Source: Methanobacteriota archaeon
GTDB lineage: Archaea > Hydrothermarchaeota > Hydrothermarchaeia > Hydrothermarchaeales > BMS3B
Length of the DNA stretch: 39,654 bases
Direction: 5' to 3'
NCBI GenBank assembly: GCA_003229935.1
Contig: QIGD01000012.1
Coordinates: 1 to 39,654, forward strand
The notes under the pieces: model-generated
The model's input: only the letters and a program-made list of their open reading frames with translations
Database searches by the model: none
What the model was told of the DNA's origin: nothing
Made by a program: the position numbers and the translations under genes
Part shown: one piece after another, positions 17,884 to 27,635 of the stretch
Layout: each line of letters starts with the position of its first letter
Numbering within the stretch: position 1 is the stretch's first letter

Positions 17884-17916
17884 GTGGACTACCCACGACT
17901 AAAGAGGCTGTCCGAC
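17884..17916 (+). repeat. Solo family-A end
   Basis: GTGGACTACCCACGACTAAAGAGGCTGTCCGAC, followed by the 10-bp palindrome CGACATGTCG. Lies between convergent hdrC and the lipoprotein gene. Confidence 0.6.
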
Positions 17917-17945
17917 ATGTCGACGTGTATCTCTAATTCCTAACA

Positions 17946-19028
17946 TTATTTTACAGACTCTGCTATTTTCTCCATATATTTTTTAGATAACTGGGAAGTA
18001 AGTACAAACACCATATTGTTTGAAGTCCAGCTTAGCACGCTGACGCTGCTGCCCTTGATGGTGTTGACAGAAGAATAGTAGTAACCTTTGTTACCATTGA
18101 TATTGACTACCTCTGCACTATGGATGGGGAGGGGTTTTGTCCCCTTATTCTCTGAGAAATGTAGTGGGAACTTGCTGCCCGCTTTCTTATATATAATGGC
18201 AACAATCTTATCAAAAACTATTGCATTGCTGAATTTATATCCCTCTGGCAGATAGCCTGGAGTGAGTATAGTAAAATTCACCTTTTTCTGGGCTTCCCGC
18301 AGAGTTATATTCTCAGGCTTCTTCAGAGTGAGCGTCACAGAGCCTCCTACATTCACGACGTTTTTCACGACTTTGGCGCCCTTGGGTATAATATATTGAA
18401 AGTAGCTGTCTGGTACATTCTTGTTGAACTCGAGGTTTTCATATAACACAGTGGTCTGTATAGTCTCGTTTAAGTATTTCATTTCTGTTTCAACCTTCAC
18501 TGGCACCCAGTATTTCTGGTCAACCCAGAGCTTCTCTGTAATTAATGATTTTTCAGTTTTATTTTTTGGCACTAATTCGAGAATGTATGTATCCCTGCCA
18601 GCTATTTTTCCTGTGCCAAGAAGCTTGATATTGAATCTCTCCATCATGTTCTTTATTATTGCCTCAAAGCCTATCCTGGATTTTTCGAACTTGGGGAGTT
18701 TCGTAATCAGGACTTCGTTTTTCTCAGGGAGATAAGTCCACATAGTAGTACCATTGGATACAAACGTCACAACGCCTGTCTCTCTGTTTTTATACCAGAA
18801 CTTGTCGGGTTTCTTTATCTTAATGTCACTTTCTGTTACTTTACTCTTACCATTAACAATAGTAGTCACAACAATAGTGGCCTGATAGTCATTTATGGCA
18901 TTGGATTTCTCCTGCATTTTCTGGACTATACCTCCAGCACTCATAGAGGTCAGGCTGGTACATCCAGCTGATACGACCACAAGCACCAATACTCCAATAA
19001 AAGAAATGGTTTTATACTTTATTTTCAA
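17946..19028 (-). CDS. LolA-like / DUF4367-like lipoprotein
   Basis: 360 aa. Signal peptide plus lipobox (VVVSAGCTS). The N-terminal half resembles outer-membrane-lipoprotein-sorting (LolA-fold) proteins that are common in archaea. Confidence 0.55.
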   Translation of the reverse strand: MKIKYKTISFIGVLVLVVVSAGCTSLTSMSAGGIVQKMQEKSNAINDYQATIVVTTIVNGKSKVTESDIKIKKPDKFWYKNRETGVVTFVSNGTTMWTYLPEKNEVLITKLPKFEKSRIGFEAIIKNMMERFNIKLLGTGKIAGRDTYILELVPKNKTEKSLITEKLWVDQKYWVPVKVETEMKYLNETIQTTVLYENLEFNKNVPDSYFQYIIPKGAKVVKNVVNVGGSVTLTLKKPENITLREAQKKVNFTILTPGYLPEGYKFSNAIVFDKIVAIIYKKAGSKFPLHFSENKGTKPLPIHSAEVVNINGNKGYYYSSVNTIKGSSVSVLSWTSNNMVFVLTSQLSKKYMEKIAESVK

Positions 19029-19219
19029 ACTTACGTCCCCTTAACTTTCCCATAATTTATGTCACGTTTCATCATATAAATACTTTTTTGAATATAATAT
19101 GCAATGTGCTATCCTGAAACTATTTCCCCATTATTTTTATAAAGGATGCATGGCCAAACTTACCCAACAGAATATCAAGTGGATTATTCAACATAAGGAA
19201 CGAGGCGAACTAAGCAGAA

Positions 19220-19242
19220 CTGACATACTCCCACGACTAAAG
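19220..19242 (+). repeat. Solo family-A end (reverse complement of the RE terminus)
   Basis: CTGACATACTCCCACGACTAAAG is the reverse complement of CTTTAGTCGTGGGAGTATGTCAG at 3648-3670. Confidence 0.6.
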
Positions 19243-19405
19243 GGGGTTCTACGCTACGTCAGGTTGTGTGAAAATTCATGTTTATATGGAAAACAAACAA
19301 GATATGTCCTTTAAATTAAAAATATGGCAGGAGATTCAGAAAATTTATAGTTTTCACAGAGTCTGACGTGGGCTTTCTGCTTAAAATATCGTAAGTTTTT
19401 GAAAA

Positions 19406-20044
19406 TTATAAACTCTTGGCTATCTTTATGAATCTCTCAAGCTTCTCAGGGTCCTTCCTACCAGGGTGCGATTCCACACCAGATGAAACATCAACAGCAA
19501 ATGGCTTTACAGCTTCTATAGCTTCTGCAACGTTATTCGGAGTAAGACCACCTGCAAGAATTACAGGTTTATCCAGAGAAACTACAATCTCCCTAGCAAT
19601 ATCCCAGTCCAGAGTCTTTCCAGACCCACCTCCTGTTTTAGAAGGTGTGTCAAGAAGTATGGCATCTACCCAGCGTTGATACCTTTTTGCCTCTTTTATG
19701 CTCTGTTCATCTTCTACATGTATAGTTTTTATAATATTGCAGGGAACATTTGTTTTTATCTCATGAATGAACTTTGGCTCCACATTGTTATGAATCTGTA
19801 AAAACTCAGGACGTAGTTTAATATACAGGTCCAGAGCTTCTTTGATACTCTGCGGCATTATAACAACCACACCAGCGGTGGTGAAGGGGAGCTCTTCAAA
19901 GATTGTAACAGCTTTTTCAGGGTCAACATTCCTTGGCGTATCCACAGGTACATCAACTATAATTCCAACATAATCTGCACCAAGTTGTGCAGCCAGTTCT
20001 ATATCTTCAAGATTTGTGTTTCCACATATTTTAACTCTGGCCAT
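19406..20044 (-). CDS. trpF: Phosphoribosylanthranilate isomerase
   Basis: 212 aa. VKICGNTNLEDIELAAQLGADYVGII start, LAGGLTPNNV, DVSSGVE. Confidence 0.88.
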   Translation of the reverse strand: MARVKICGNTNLEDIELAAQLGADYVGIIVDVPVDTPRNVDPEKAVTIFEELPFTTAGVVVIMPQSIKEALDLYIKLRPEFLQIHNNVEPKFIHEIKTNVPCNIIKTIHVEDEQSIKEAKRYQRWVDAILLDTPSKTGGGSGKTLDWDIAREIVVSLDKPVILAGGLTPNNVAEAIEAVKPFAVDVSSGVESHPGRKDPEKLERFIKIAKSL

Positions 20045-20152
20045 GAATATGCCTCTACCAGAGTCAAGAAGTTAGCATATTAAAAGAGATTGAAATAGTT
20101 GATTTCTGGCATAACTTTATATTGCCTGTTGATAAACTTCAGATTGATTATT

Positions 20153-20881
20153 ATGAAGCTAATCAGCAAAATTCCGGCAGTGTGTGCAAGCATAATAGAG
20201 TACAATATTGAAGATTTCTTGAGAAGCGTGAGACAGGTAGAAGGGGCAGATTTCATCGAAATAAGAGCTGACGGCCTAAAAGTAAATAGCCCAAGAGAAT
20301 ATCTGCCCGAGACCAAGAGGCTTCTTAACAATGTTAAAGCCCAGAGTGAACTTCCAGTACTTTTAACTGTAAGAACTGAAAAAGATGGTGGAGTTTTCAC
20401 AGGTAGTGAAAGTGAAAGAGCAAGAGTTCTAATGGGATCCATGAAACTTGTTGACAGTATAGATATAGAGCTAAGAATGCAATCAGACATGCAAGATGAA
20501 ATTGTTAAAGAGGCAAGGAAGAACAGGGTAGATATTATAATCTCATACCATAACTTCAACTCAACACCTGAGGTTGAAACACTTCTGAGCATTCTCGAGA
20601 AAGAAGAAAGCGAAGGAGCAACTATAGCAAAAGTTGCAGTAAGGGCTAATTCAGAAAAGGATGTCCTTGTATTATTGAATATACTACAGGCTGCAAAGGA
20701 AAGAATAAATATCCCAGTTATTGGAATTTCTCTTGGTAGAAAAGGAAGGATTTCAAGAGTGGCAGCACCTTTACTTGGTTCAATTGCCACCTATGGATAT
20801 GTAAACAGAAAAACAGCGCCAGGACAGATTGAAGTTAAAAAATTGAAAGAAATTATTGAACTGATGGAACTGATGAAGTGA
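20153..20881 (+). CDS. aroD: 3-dehydroquinate dehydratase, type I
   Basis: ADFIEIRADGL, LLTVRTEKDGG, IISYHNF, AKVAV motifs. ATG 20153 is preferred over the longer track ORF (20099). Confidence 0.85.
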   Translation: MKLISKIPAVCASIIEYNIEDFLRSVRQVEGADFIEIRADGLKVNSPREYLPETKRLLNNVKAQSELPVLLTVRTEKDGGVFTGSESERARVLMGSMKLVDSIDIELRMQSDMQDEIVKEARKNRVDIIISYHNFNSTPEVETLLSILEKEESEGATIAKVAVRANSEKDVLVLLNILQAAKERINIPVIGISLGRKGRISRVAAPLLGSIATYGYVNRKTAPGQIEVKKLKEIIELMELMK

Positions 20882-20882
20882 A

Positions 20883-21740
20883 ATGTGCAGTGTAAATTCA
20901 AAAACAAGGGTTTTTGCAGTTATAGGTTCTCCCATTGAGCATAGTATATCACCAGAAATCCATAACTCCAGCTTTTCAGAGCTTAAGCTTAACTGTATAT
21001 ATGTTGCATACAGAGTTGAAAGATTATATCTTAGGGAGGCTATCGAAGGCTTCAAAGCACTAGGTTACTCAGGAGTAAATGTAACTATTCCCCACAAGAT
21101 TGAGGTTATAAGATATCTTGAGGAGATTTCTCCTGAAGCCAGAATAATAGGCGCAGTAAATACAATTGTATTCAAAAATAACAGGGCTACAGGCTACAAT
21201 ACTGATGCCACAGGTGCTCTTCTAGCCCTGAGGGAAGCCAGAATTAAAGTTAGAAATAGCAAAGTGATAATTCTGGGCTATGGAGGAGCAGCAAGAGCTA
21301 TTGCAATCACCCTTGCCATGAGAGGTAATATTGAAAGTATAGCCATAGCAGGAAGAAATGTTAAGAAAGCAGGAGCTCTGGCAGAGGATATAAAAAAGCT
21401 GGGTCTTCCTGCTCAATCCTACAGTATAACGGGCGTTGAGAATGCCATCAAAGACAGCAATATTCTCATCAATAGCACGCCTGTTGGTATGAGTCCTAAA
21501 ACAGAAGAAACGCTTATAACCAGAGAAAAACTCCATTCAGAGCTTGCTGTTATGGACATTGTTTATACTCCCCTTGAAACCAGACTTCTTAAAGAGGCAA
21601 AAAAAGCAGGATGCAGAACTGTAGATGGGCTTGGAATGCTGATACAGCAGGCTGCTGAAGCTGAAAGACTCTGGCTTGGAGTTGAGCCTGATATTTCAGT
21701 TATGAGGAATGCCGCCCTGAAGGCTCTGAAGCTTTCCTAG
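20883..21740 (+). CDS. aroE: Shikimate 5-dehydrogenase
   Basis: FAVIGSPIEHSISPEIHN, GVNVTIPHK, NTD, ILGYGGAARA (Rossmann). Confidence 0.9.
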   Translation: MCSVNSKTRVFAVIGSPIEHSISPEIHNSSFSELKLNCIYVAYRVERLYLREAIEGFKALGYSGVNVTIPHKIEVIRYLEEISPEARIIGAVNTIVFKNNRATGYNTDATGALLALREARIKVRNSKVIILGYGGAARAIAITLAMRGNIESIAIAGRNVKKAGALAEDIKKLGLPAQSYSITGVENAIKDSNILINSTPVGMSPKTEETLITREKLHSELAVMDIVYTPLETRLLKEAKKAGCRTVDGLGMLIQQAAEAERLWLGVEPDISVMRNAALKALKLS

Positions 21741-22553
21741 CTTAAGACTCATATCTATCCATCTGGCTGCCGTTGTTATATAACTCAAGGAGATAATATC
21801 AGGTTTAAGCTTGGCATAGCTATTAAGATTCTCAATTGTTATTCCTCCTGAAACCTCAACTGTTACATCATGATCAGACTGATTTATCAGAAGAAGCGCA
21901 TGTTCCACCTGCTCTGGAGTAAAGTTATCCAGCATAACTATGTCTGCACCGGCAATACAGGCTTTAACAGCTTCTTCGGCTGATGCCACCTCAACCTCAA
22001 CTTTCTTTGTAAAGTTTTCTTTTGCTCTGGCTATGGCACCTTCAAGTTCTACAAGAACCAGATGGTTATCCTTTATAAGAATCAAATCATCAAGATGAAA
22101 TCTATGGGTCAAACCCCCACCAAGTTTTACAGCCTTCTTCTCAAAGTAACCAAAGCCAGGTGTGGTCTTCCTTGTGCATGCAACCCTTACCCCATACCTA
22201 TCTGCAATTTCCACAGCTCTTTTTGTTGTTGTTGCTATTCCACTCATTTTCATAAAAATATTCAGAAGAACTCTCTCAATATTGAGTATGGATTTAGCCC
22301 TGCCCGAGATTTCAAGTAAAACCTCTCCCTTTTCAAAGGCTTTTCCATCATCTCTCTTCTGGCTGAAACAAAGACCAAAGTGCTCCAGAAGCAATAATGC
22401 TTCCTCCATACCTGCAAGAACACCAGCCTCTTTTGCTAGAATCACAGCTTCAGCATCACTTTCCCCTATAATGCTATCTGTTGTAATATCGCCATAACCC
22501 AAGTCATCTCTGAGATACGACAGCAACCTTTCAATAATAATCACATCTTCCAT
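21696..22553 (-). CDS. nadC: Nicotinate-nucleotide pyrophosphorylase (quinolinate phosphoribosyltransferase)
   Basis: YGDITT, TRKTTPGFGYFEKKAVKLGGG, HRFHLDD, IMLDNF, EVSGGIT. The 3' end overlaps convergent aroE by 45 nt. Confidence 0.9.
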   Translation of the reverse strand: MEDVIIIERLLSYLRDDLGYGDITTDSIIGESDAEAVILAKEAGVLAGMEEALLLLEHFGLCFSQKRDDGKAFEKGEVLLEISGRAKSILNIERVLLNIFMKMSGIATTTKRAVEIADRYGVRVACTRKTTPGFGYFEKKAVKLGGGLTHRFHLDDLILIKDNHLVLVELEGAIARAKENFTKKVEVEVASAEEAVKACIAGADIVMLDNFTPEQVEHALLLINQSDHDVTVEVSGGITIENLNSYAKLKPDIISLSYITTAARWIDMSLKLGKLQSLQGGIPHN

Positions 22554-22595
22554 AGTATCACAATCTTTTTATTATTCTTTAGGTATAATAAAACT

Positions 22596-23108
22596 ATGCG
22601 TGCTCTTCTTGTCATTGATATGCTCAGGGATTTTATTTACAAAGATTGTGTTCTTCCAGTTAATGGGGCTAAGAAGTTAATACCTCCAATAAATTATAAA
22701 ATCATAGAATTTAGAGAAATAAATGAGCCTATAATCTTCATATGTGATTCTCACGATGAGATGGACGAGGAGTTTGATGTGTGGGGAAAGCATGCTGTTG
22801 AAGGCACTGAAGGAGCAGAAATTATTGATGAGCTTGACAGAAGAGAATATGATATAGTCGTGACTAAAAAGAGGTTTTCTGCTTTTTACAATACAGATTT
22901 AGAAAGAATTCTCAAAGGTCTTAATGTAGATACTCTTGTAATTACAGGAGTGGTCACAGACATATGTATTCTTCACACTGCAGCTGATGCTACCATGAGA
23001 GGCTTCAAGGTGATAGTGCCTGAAAACTGTGTTGCCACAGTTGATGAGGAAAAACAGAAATGGGCTCTCAGGCATATTAAAGAGGTTCTAGATGGCAGAA
23101 TTGATTAA
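22596..23108 (+). CDS. pncA: Isochorismatase-family hydrolase, nicotinamidase-like
   Basis: ALLVIDMLRDF, KKRFSAFYNTDLE, LVITGVVTDICILHTA (catalytic Cys context). Adjacent to nadC. Confidence 0.75.
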   Translation: MRALLVIDMLRDFIYKDCVLPVNGAKKLIPPINYKIIEFREINEPIIFICDSHDEMDEEFDVWGKHAVEGTEGAEIIDELDRREYDIVVTKKRFSAFYNTDLERILKGLNVDTLVITGVVTDICILHTAADATMRGFKVIVPENCVATVDEEKQKWALRHIKEVLDGRID

Positions 23109-23115
23109 TAAGAGT

Positions 23116-23547
23116 CAATCATCCACGGCTAAAGCACATGGCTTGTCTCGTAAGAGACGAGAGTAACAGGTTGATTAGGAGGCATTGTAAAATATGCAGA
23201 AGTTATTGGTAGAGTTCAAGAATACATCAAGGAATGATTCTCAAGTCCCCTGCTCTGTAAGTAGAGCATTAAACAGAGAGGAAACTCTAAGTATGCCTCA
23301 CATAGTACTGACCAATAACAACTCCGAAGAAGACCTACTCTCTGGCAAGAGAGGACAGGACTTGAGATTCCCTGTCATAAACATGCAACCCCAACTGATA
23401 CATGATAGTGCTAGGAACATTGAGCAGGTTGAAATACCTGCTGGTTTGGATTGGATTAAGATTCTTTTTATGTTATATAATTTCAAAATTTGTGTGGTAG
23501 GGCAATTCCTTCCACCCCTGAAGGGGGTGGGTATCTTTGCCTAGATT
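23116..23547 (+). repeat. Family-B structured repeat, full copy 2
   Basis: See 12137-12486. Terminal hairpin CCACCCC-TGAAG-GGGGTGG at 23512-23530. An extra ~100-nt variable segment lies before the hairpin. Confidence 0.7.
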
Positions 23548-23782
23548 TGACGAAGTCGGAGAGGCTCTTAGCAAAGTAATAAGTATAATGCATTCTAAAA
23601 GTATAGTTGAGCTTGATATGGTGGAAGCAGTGAATATAGATGGGAATAGTGTTTATGTCAAACTGAGACCTCCCGAAAATTGCCTCTGTCCCTATCCTTT
23701 CTTCCTTGCAGCACTTGCAGAAAAGAGAATTAAAAAGATTGAAAATGTGGATAAAGTTAGGGTAGATGTGATTCTAAAATAA
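23537..23782 (+). CDS. DUF59 / MIP18-family (Fe-S assembly-related) small protein
   Basis: 81 aa. ALSKVI...IVELDMVEAV...VYVKLRPP..CP pattern resembles DUF59. The only in-frame start is TTG 23537, inside the repeat tail. Confidence 0.5.
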   Translation: MPRFDEVGEALSKVISIMHSKSIVELDMVEAVNIDGNSVYVKLRPPENCLCPYPFFLAALAEKRIKKIENVDKVRVDVILK

Positions 23783-23822
23783 ACCGGACAAAAATTAACA
23801 CTTTTTAAAGAAAGAGAAGAAG

Positions 23823-24407
23823 TTAATCCTCTGCAAACTCTTCTAGCGGAATAAAGTTCTCAATATCCTTTCCTCTTGCTTTAAAAATTTCTCTGGCAAG
23901 AATCCAGTAAATTATATTTAAGGCTTTCTTACCTTTATTGTTGGTGGGTATTATAATGTCAACACCCGAGGCAGAATTATCAGTATCACACAAAGAAACA
24001 ACAGGAATCCCTATATCAGCTGCTTCTTTAAGAGCCTGCTCATCACTCCTAGGGTCAGTTGCAAGAAGTATTTCAGGTTCTATGAAGTCTTCAAAATTTG
24101 GATTTGTAAGCGTTCCTGGTATAAATCTCCCTGAAACATGCATGCATCCTACTAATTTAGCAAACTTTTCTATAGGCTTCTGACCATACTGCCTTCTTGA
24201 TACCACAAGAATCTTTTCTGGATTGAATCTGAGAAGAAAATTTGCTACCAGAAAAATTCTCTCATCAGTAGCTTTAACATCAAGAACATAAAGACCATCA
24301 GGTCTGACTTTATATATATAATTCTTCATATCTGCAGTCTTCTGCTGGGTACCTATATGAATTCCTGCAGCAAGATAGTTATCAAGGTTGGTAAGCTTTG
24401 TTTCCAT
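23823..24407 (-). CDS. rps2: 30S ribosomal protein S2
   Basis: [34 protein letters not shown]. Confidence 0.93.
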   Translation of the reverse strand: METKLTNLDNYLAAGIHIGTQQKTADMKNYIYKVRPDGLYVLDVKATDERIFLVANFLLRFNPEKILVVSRRQYGQKPIEKFAKLVGCMHVSGRFIPGTLTNPNFEDFIEPEILLATDPRSDEQALKEAADIGIPVVSLCDTDNSASGVDIIIPTNNKGKKALNIIYWILAREIFKARGKDIENFIPLEEFAED

Positions 24408-24418
24408 TCCATTCCTCC

Positions 24419-25666
24419 TTATAATTTTGGTAATACTGCCATTCGGGCTCTCCCACCTAATTCTTCTGAAATCCTGATAAGTTCATTCAACTTTGCAATT
24501 CTTTCGCCACCAACTGTACCTGCCTTAATTATAGATATTCCAAAGGCTACAGCAAGGTGAGCTATAGTATCATCTGTAGTTTCACCAGAGCGATGGGAAA
24601 TTACAGGTGTCATCTTCTCTTTTTTGGCAAGGTTAACAGCCTTATAAGTTCCAGAAAGTGTACCGCATTGATTAGGTTTTATAAGAACTGCATTGGTTGA
24701 ATTGAGTTCTATGCCCATCTTAATTCTATCAACATTTGTAACATATAAATCATCACCGCACACTATACAGTCAACCCTAGAGGTAAGCTTTCCAAAGGCT
24801 TCAAAATCTTCCTCATCAAAAGGGTCTTCCACAAAGAAGAGATTATATTCTCCCACAAGGTCTACCATATAATCAATCTGCTCCTCTGTACTCCTTTCCT
24901 TACCTTCTCGTTTATAAATATAAGCTTTCTTCTTTTCACTGTATAACTCGCTGGCTGCAATATCTATACCCATACGAACTTCAACGCCTGTTTCACTTTT
25001 AACATTATCACAGACATCTACAAGAATATCAAGAGCCTCTCTATCACCAACATCAGGTGCCCAAGCACTTTCATCACCCTTGCCAAGATTGGATTTGTAT
25101 TTTTTTGCTATGTATTCTTTAATCTTCCTGTGCACCATAGCATTGGTGGCAACTGCTTCGGTAATATCTCTAGCACCTACAGGTATAACAAGAAATTCCT
25201 GAATATCAGTAGCCTTCTGGGCATGAACACCGCCACCAATTACATTACCAATAGGATAGGGTAGTTCACTTGAAAGACTCCCACCTAGAAACTGATAAAG
25301 GGGTAAACCATAACTAGCTGCAGCAGCCTTTGCAGTGGCAAGAGATACAGCAACAGCAGTATTTCCACCTATATTTGAGAAGTTTCCAGTGCCATCAAGC
25401 TCGCTGAGAATAGAGTCAATCTCATCCTGATCCGAGGCATCCATACCTCTGAGTTCAGGTGCTATTGTTTCTTCAACTTCAATAATAGCCTTGTCAACCC
25501 CTCCATCAGGAAAGGCAACAACTTCATGTTTACCTGTGCTTGCACCACTTGGCGCTGCCACTCTGCCAAGCCCCAGCCTAGTATAAATGTCAACTTCAAT
25601 TGTGAAATTACCTCTGGAATTAAGAATTTTCCTAGCAACAACATCTTCAATAAGGTCTGGATTCAT
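24419..25666 (-). CDS. eno: Enolase
   Basis: [44 protein letters not shown]. Confidence 0.95.
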   Translation of the reverse strand: MNPDLIEDVVARKILNSRGNFTIEVDIYTRLGLGRVAAPSGASTGKHEVVAFPDGGVDKAIIEVEETIAPELRGMDASDQDEIDSILSELDGTGNFSNIGGNTAVAVSLATAKAAAASYGLPLYQFLGGSLSSELPYPIGNVIGGGVHAQKATDIQEFLVIPVGARDITEAVATNAMVHRKIKEYIAKKYKSNLGKGDESAWAPDVGDREALDILVDVCDNVKSETGVEVRMGIDIAASELYSEKKKAYIYKREGKERSTEEQIDYMVDLVGEYNLFFVEDPFDEEDFEAFGKLTSRVDCIVCGDDLYVTNVDRIKMGIELNSTNAVLIKPNQCGTLSGTYKAVNLAKKEKMTPVISHRSGETTDDTIAHLAVAFGISIIKAGTVGGERIAKLNELIRISEELGGRARMAVLPKL

Positions 25667-25866
25667 TGTACTTCACCCATTAACTTTTTTTCTGGCATGC
25701 TTCTCTTTACAGTCATAGGTATTATCCCTACATTAAGCTCCTTTATAGCTATTATTATAGGGTCAACTGAATTCTCTGACACTTTTATCATAGGGGGCGC
25801 CCCCATTGAAATCTGGAGTGCTCTTGCACCTATAATGCGAGCTCTTTCATATCTTGTAAGCTTCAA
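25663..25866 (-). CDS. rpoK: DNA-directed RNA polymerase subunit K (Rpo6)
   Basis: 67 aa. [22 protein letters not shown]. Confidence 0.9.
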   Translation of the reverse strand: MKLTRYERARIIGARALQISMGAPPMIKVSENSVDPIIIAIKELNVGIIPMTVKRSMPEKKLMGEVQ

Positions 25867-25931
25867 CTCATTACCTCCAAATCTTATATTTTAATGATTT
25901 TAAAGGAGAGCCCCGAAGAGCTCTCCAGAAA

Positions 25932-26006
25932 TGGGGCCGCTGAGATTTGAACTCAGGTCACCAGCACCCCGAGCTGGTAGGATGGTCCAGGCTACCCTAC
26001 GGCCCC
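25932..26006 (-). tRNA. tRNA-Pro (anticodon GGG under canonical numbering)
   Basis: Hand-folded cloverleaf: acceptor GGGGCCG/CGGCCCC, T arm CTGAG-TTCAAAT-CTCAG, anticodon arm CCAGC-TCGGGGT-GCTGG, discriminator A, no encoded CCA. It sits in the conserved rpoN-tRNA-rpoK position. Confidence 0.85.
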
Positions 26007-26201
26007 TTTTTCCTGTAGTTTTATTACCTCATCTATGAAATCCCTATGGCTCAACATCATTCTCCTGCAACAGTATCTTGTCACTCCAATCTCCTCAAAA
26101 GCTTCTTTTGCATCCTTTCCCTGTCTGAGCTTCTCTGTAAACTCTTCATACTTATTGCCTATCACAGCACCACAGGAAAAACATCTCACAGGTATTATCA
26201 T
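25992..26201 (-). CDS. rpoN: DNA-directed RNA polymerase subunit N (Rpo10)
   Basis: MIIPVRCFSCG...RYCCRRMMLSH. ATG 26201 is preceded by AGGTGAT. The last 5 codons overlap the tRNA-Pro 5' end. Confidence 0.9.
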   Translation of the reverse strand: MIIPVRCFSCGAVIGNKYEEFTEKLRQGKDAKEAFEEIGVTRYCCRRMMLSHRDFIDEVIKLQEKGAVG

Positions 26202-26206
26202 AAATA

Positions 26207-26599
26207 TCACCTATAAGATTTCTGAACCTTAGCTCTTGCACCAGGCCCACCGTACTTCTTTGTCTCAACTCTTCTAGAGTCGCCCTTGAGTATAGTCTTG
26301 TCATAGCTCATAAAGATTTCTTTGAGTTTTGTGTTGTACTCTACAAGGGCCCTGCCGATTGCAGTTTTCGCAGCTTCTGCCTGACCCATGAAACCTCCAC
26401 CACTAACTTTGAGATTTATATCCACCTGATATCTTGAATCTCCTGCAAGCTCTAGAACCTCCATAATCTTCATCCTTGCCAGCTCTGGTTGATAAAGTTC
26501 TACAGGAACACTATTGATTCTTATCTTCCCCTTTCCCTCCTTCAGGGTGGCTTTTGCAATAGAAGTCTTTCTTTTTCCACTTTTCTGAATCAAAACCAT
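26207..26599 (-). CDS. rps9: 30S ribosomal protein S9
   Basis: [10 protein letters not shown]...[10 protein letters not shown]...[17 protein letters not shown] 26599 with GGTGAT upstream is preferred over the track start 26623. Confidence 0.93.
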   Translation of the reverse strand: MVLIQKSGKRKTSIAKATLKEGKGKIRINSVPVELYQPELARMKIMEVLELAGDSRYQVDINLKVSGGGFMGQAEAAKTAIGRALVEYNTKLKEIFMSYDKTILKGDSRRVETKKYGGPGARAKVQKSYR

Positions 26600-26609
26600 C
26601 AATATCACC

Positions 26610-27041
26610 TCAGAACCTAGCACCTAAAAGTTTGCTCAGTTCTCCCAGCTTAATATATTTCGGAACGCTAAGCTTCTTATATGTTGAACCTTCCAGTACA
26701 ATCTTTGCTGTATCAGAATACTCTTCAGGAATACCTACATAAACTTTAAGTCTCTTATAAGCTTTTCTACCCCTTTCCTGCTTGTATGGCACCATACCTC
26801 TGACAGTCCTCTTAATTATTCTATCTGGGCGTTTCGGGAAAAAGGGACCATGTCTTGCCGGATTCACAAGACTTCTCCTGTTTATCCTGTGCATATATTT
26901 TTCAAGGATATTTTTTTTATTACCTGTTATTATAGCTTCTTCAGCATTAACAACAATCACATCTTCATTATTAAGGATAGCTTTGGCTACATTACTTGCA
27001 AGCCTTCCAAGAACAACCCCTGACGCATCGAATATCTTCAT
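26610..27041 (-). CDS. rpl13: 50S ribosomal protein L13
   Basis: [18 protein letters not shown]...[14 protein letters not shown] 27041 is preceded by GGAGTGAT. Confidence 0.93.
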   Translation of the reverse strand: MKIFDASGVVLGRLASNVAKAILNNEDVIVVNAEEAIITGNKKNILEKYMHRINRRSLVNPARHGPFFPKRPDRIIKRTVRGMVPYKQERGRKAYKRLKVYVGIPEEYSDTAKIVLEGSTYKKLSVPKYIKLGELSKLLGARF

Positions 27042-27046
27042 GAGAA

Positions 27047-27406
27047 TCACTCCATTATCCTTATACCTTTACCCTCTGGTATTCTGTCAGCCAGTTCGGT
27101 GAGACTCAAACACTCTCCGCCTGAATTCATAATCTTCTCTCTTGCCTTTTTCGAAAAAGCATAAGCAGCCACAGTAACTTTGTGATTTATTATACCAGAA
27201 CCAAGAACCTTACCTGGCACAGCTACAACATCACTTTCAGATGTATACCGTGCTATTCTGCTTATATTTACCTCTGTGGATCTGGAGGCCGAGCGTGAAA
27301 GCCTTCTCGCTATCTCCCTCCACATTTTTGAATTATCTCTATGAGACCGCTTTATTATATCCTCTATTATACCCAATATGACCACATTCTTCCTGCTCTT
27401 TCTCAT
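27047..27406 (-). CDS. rpl18e: 50S ribosomal protein L18e
   Basis: Position upstream of L13, plus VNISRIARYT...VVAVPGKVLGSG...AYAFSKKAREKI. ATG 27406 is preceded by GGAGGTG. Confidence 0.85.
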   Translation of the reverse strand: MRKSRKNVVILGIIEDIIKRSHRDNSKMWREIARRLSRSASRSTEVNISRIARYTSESDVVAVPGKVLGSGIINHKVTVAAYAFSKKAREKIMNSGGECLSLTELADRIPEGKGIRIME

Positions 27407-27635
27407 CTTTGCACCTCCGGCAAGACAATACTTCGAGCATGGCAGTGCCACAACTCTCTGACATCATCATTTATCAATTTACCTAATATCAGGAATATAC
27501 CCTTCATTCACATACTCAAACTTTATGAAATTTTTTCACATAAAAATCAGGTTATAAGGGGTGTCGTCCTATCAAACAAATGACAACCCCCCATAGAAAA
27601 AACCCTCCCACTTCCACACTCGATTCATCAGCCCT

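Noticed and set aside
20080-20790. 236-aa ORF antisense to aroD
   Set aside because: It fully overlaps a well-supported aroD frame and is Ser/Leu-rich, as is typical of antisense reading of an AT-rich gene. The same reasoning applies to the other short antisense ORFs in the track (e.g. 505-693, 2050-2352, 2553-3006, 5058-5387, 9856-10389, 13899-14153, 14706-15008, 15135-15551, 17195-17479, 22062-22497, 25526-25894, 26782-27102, 33422-33864, 35529-36092, 37457-37846).
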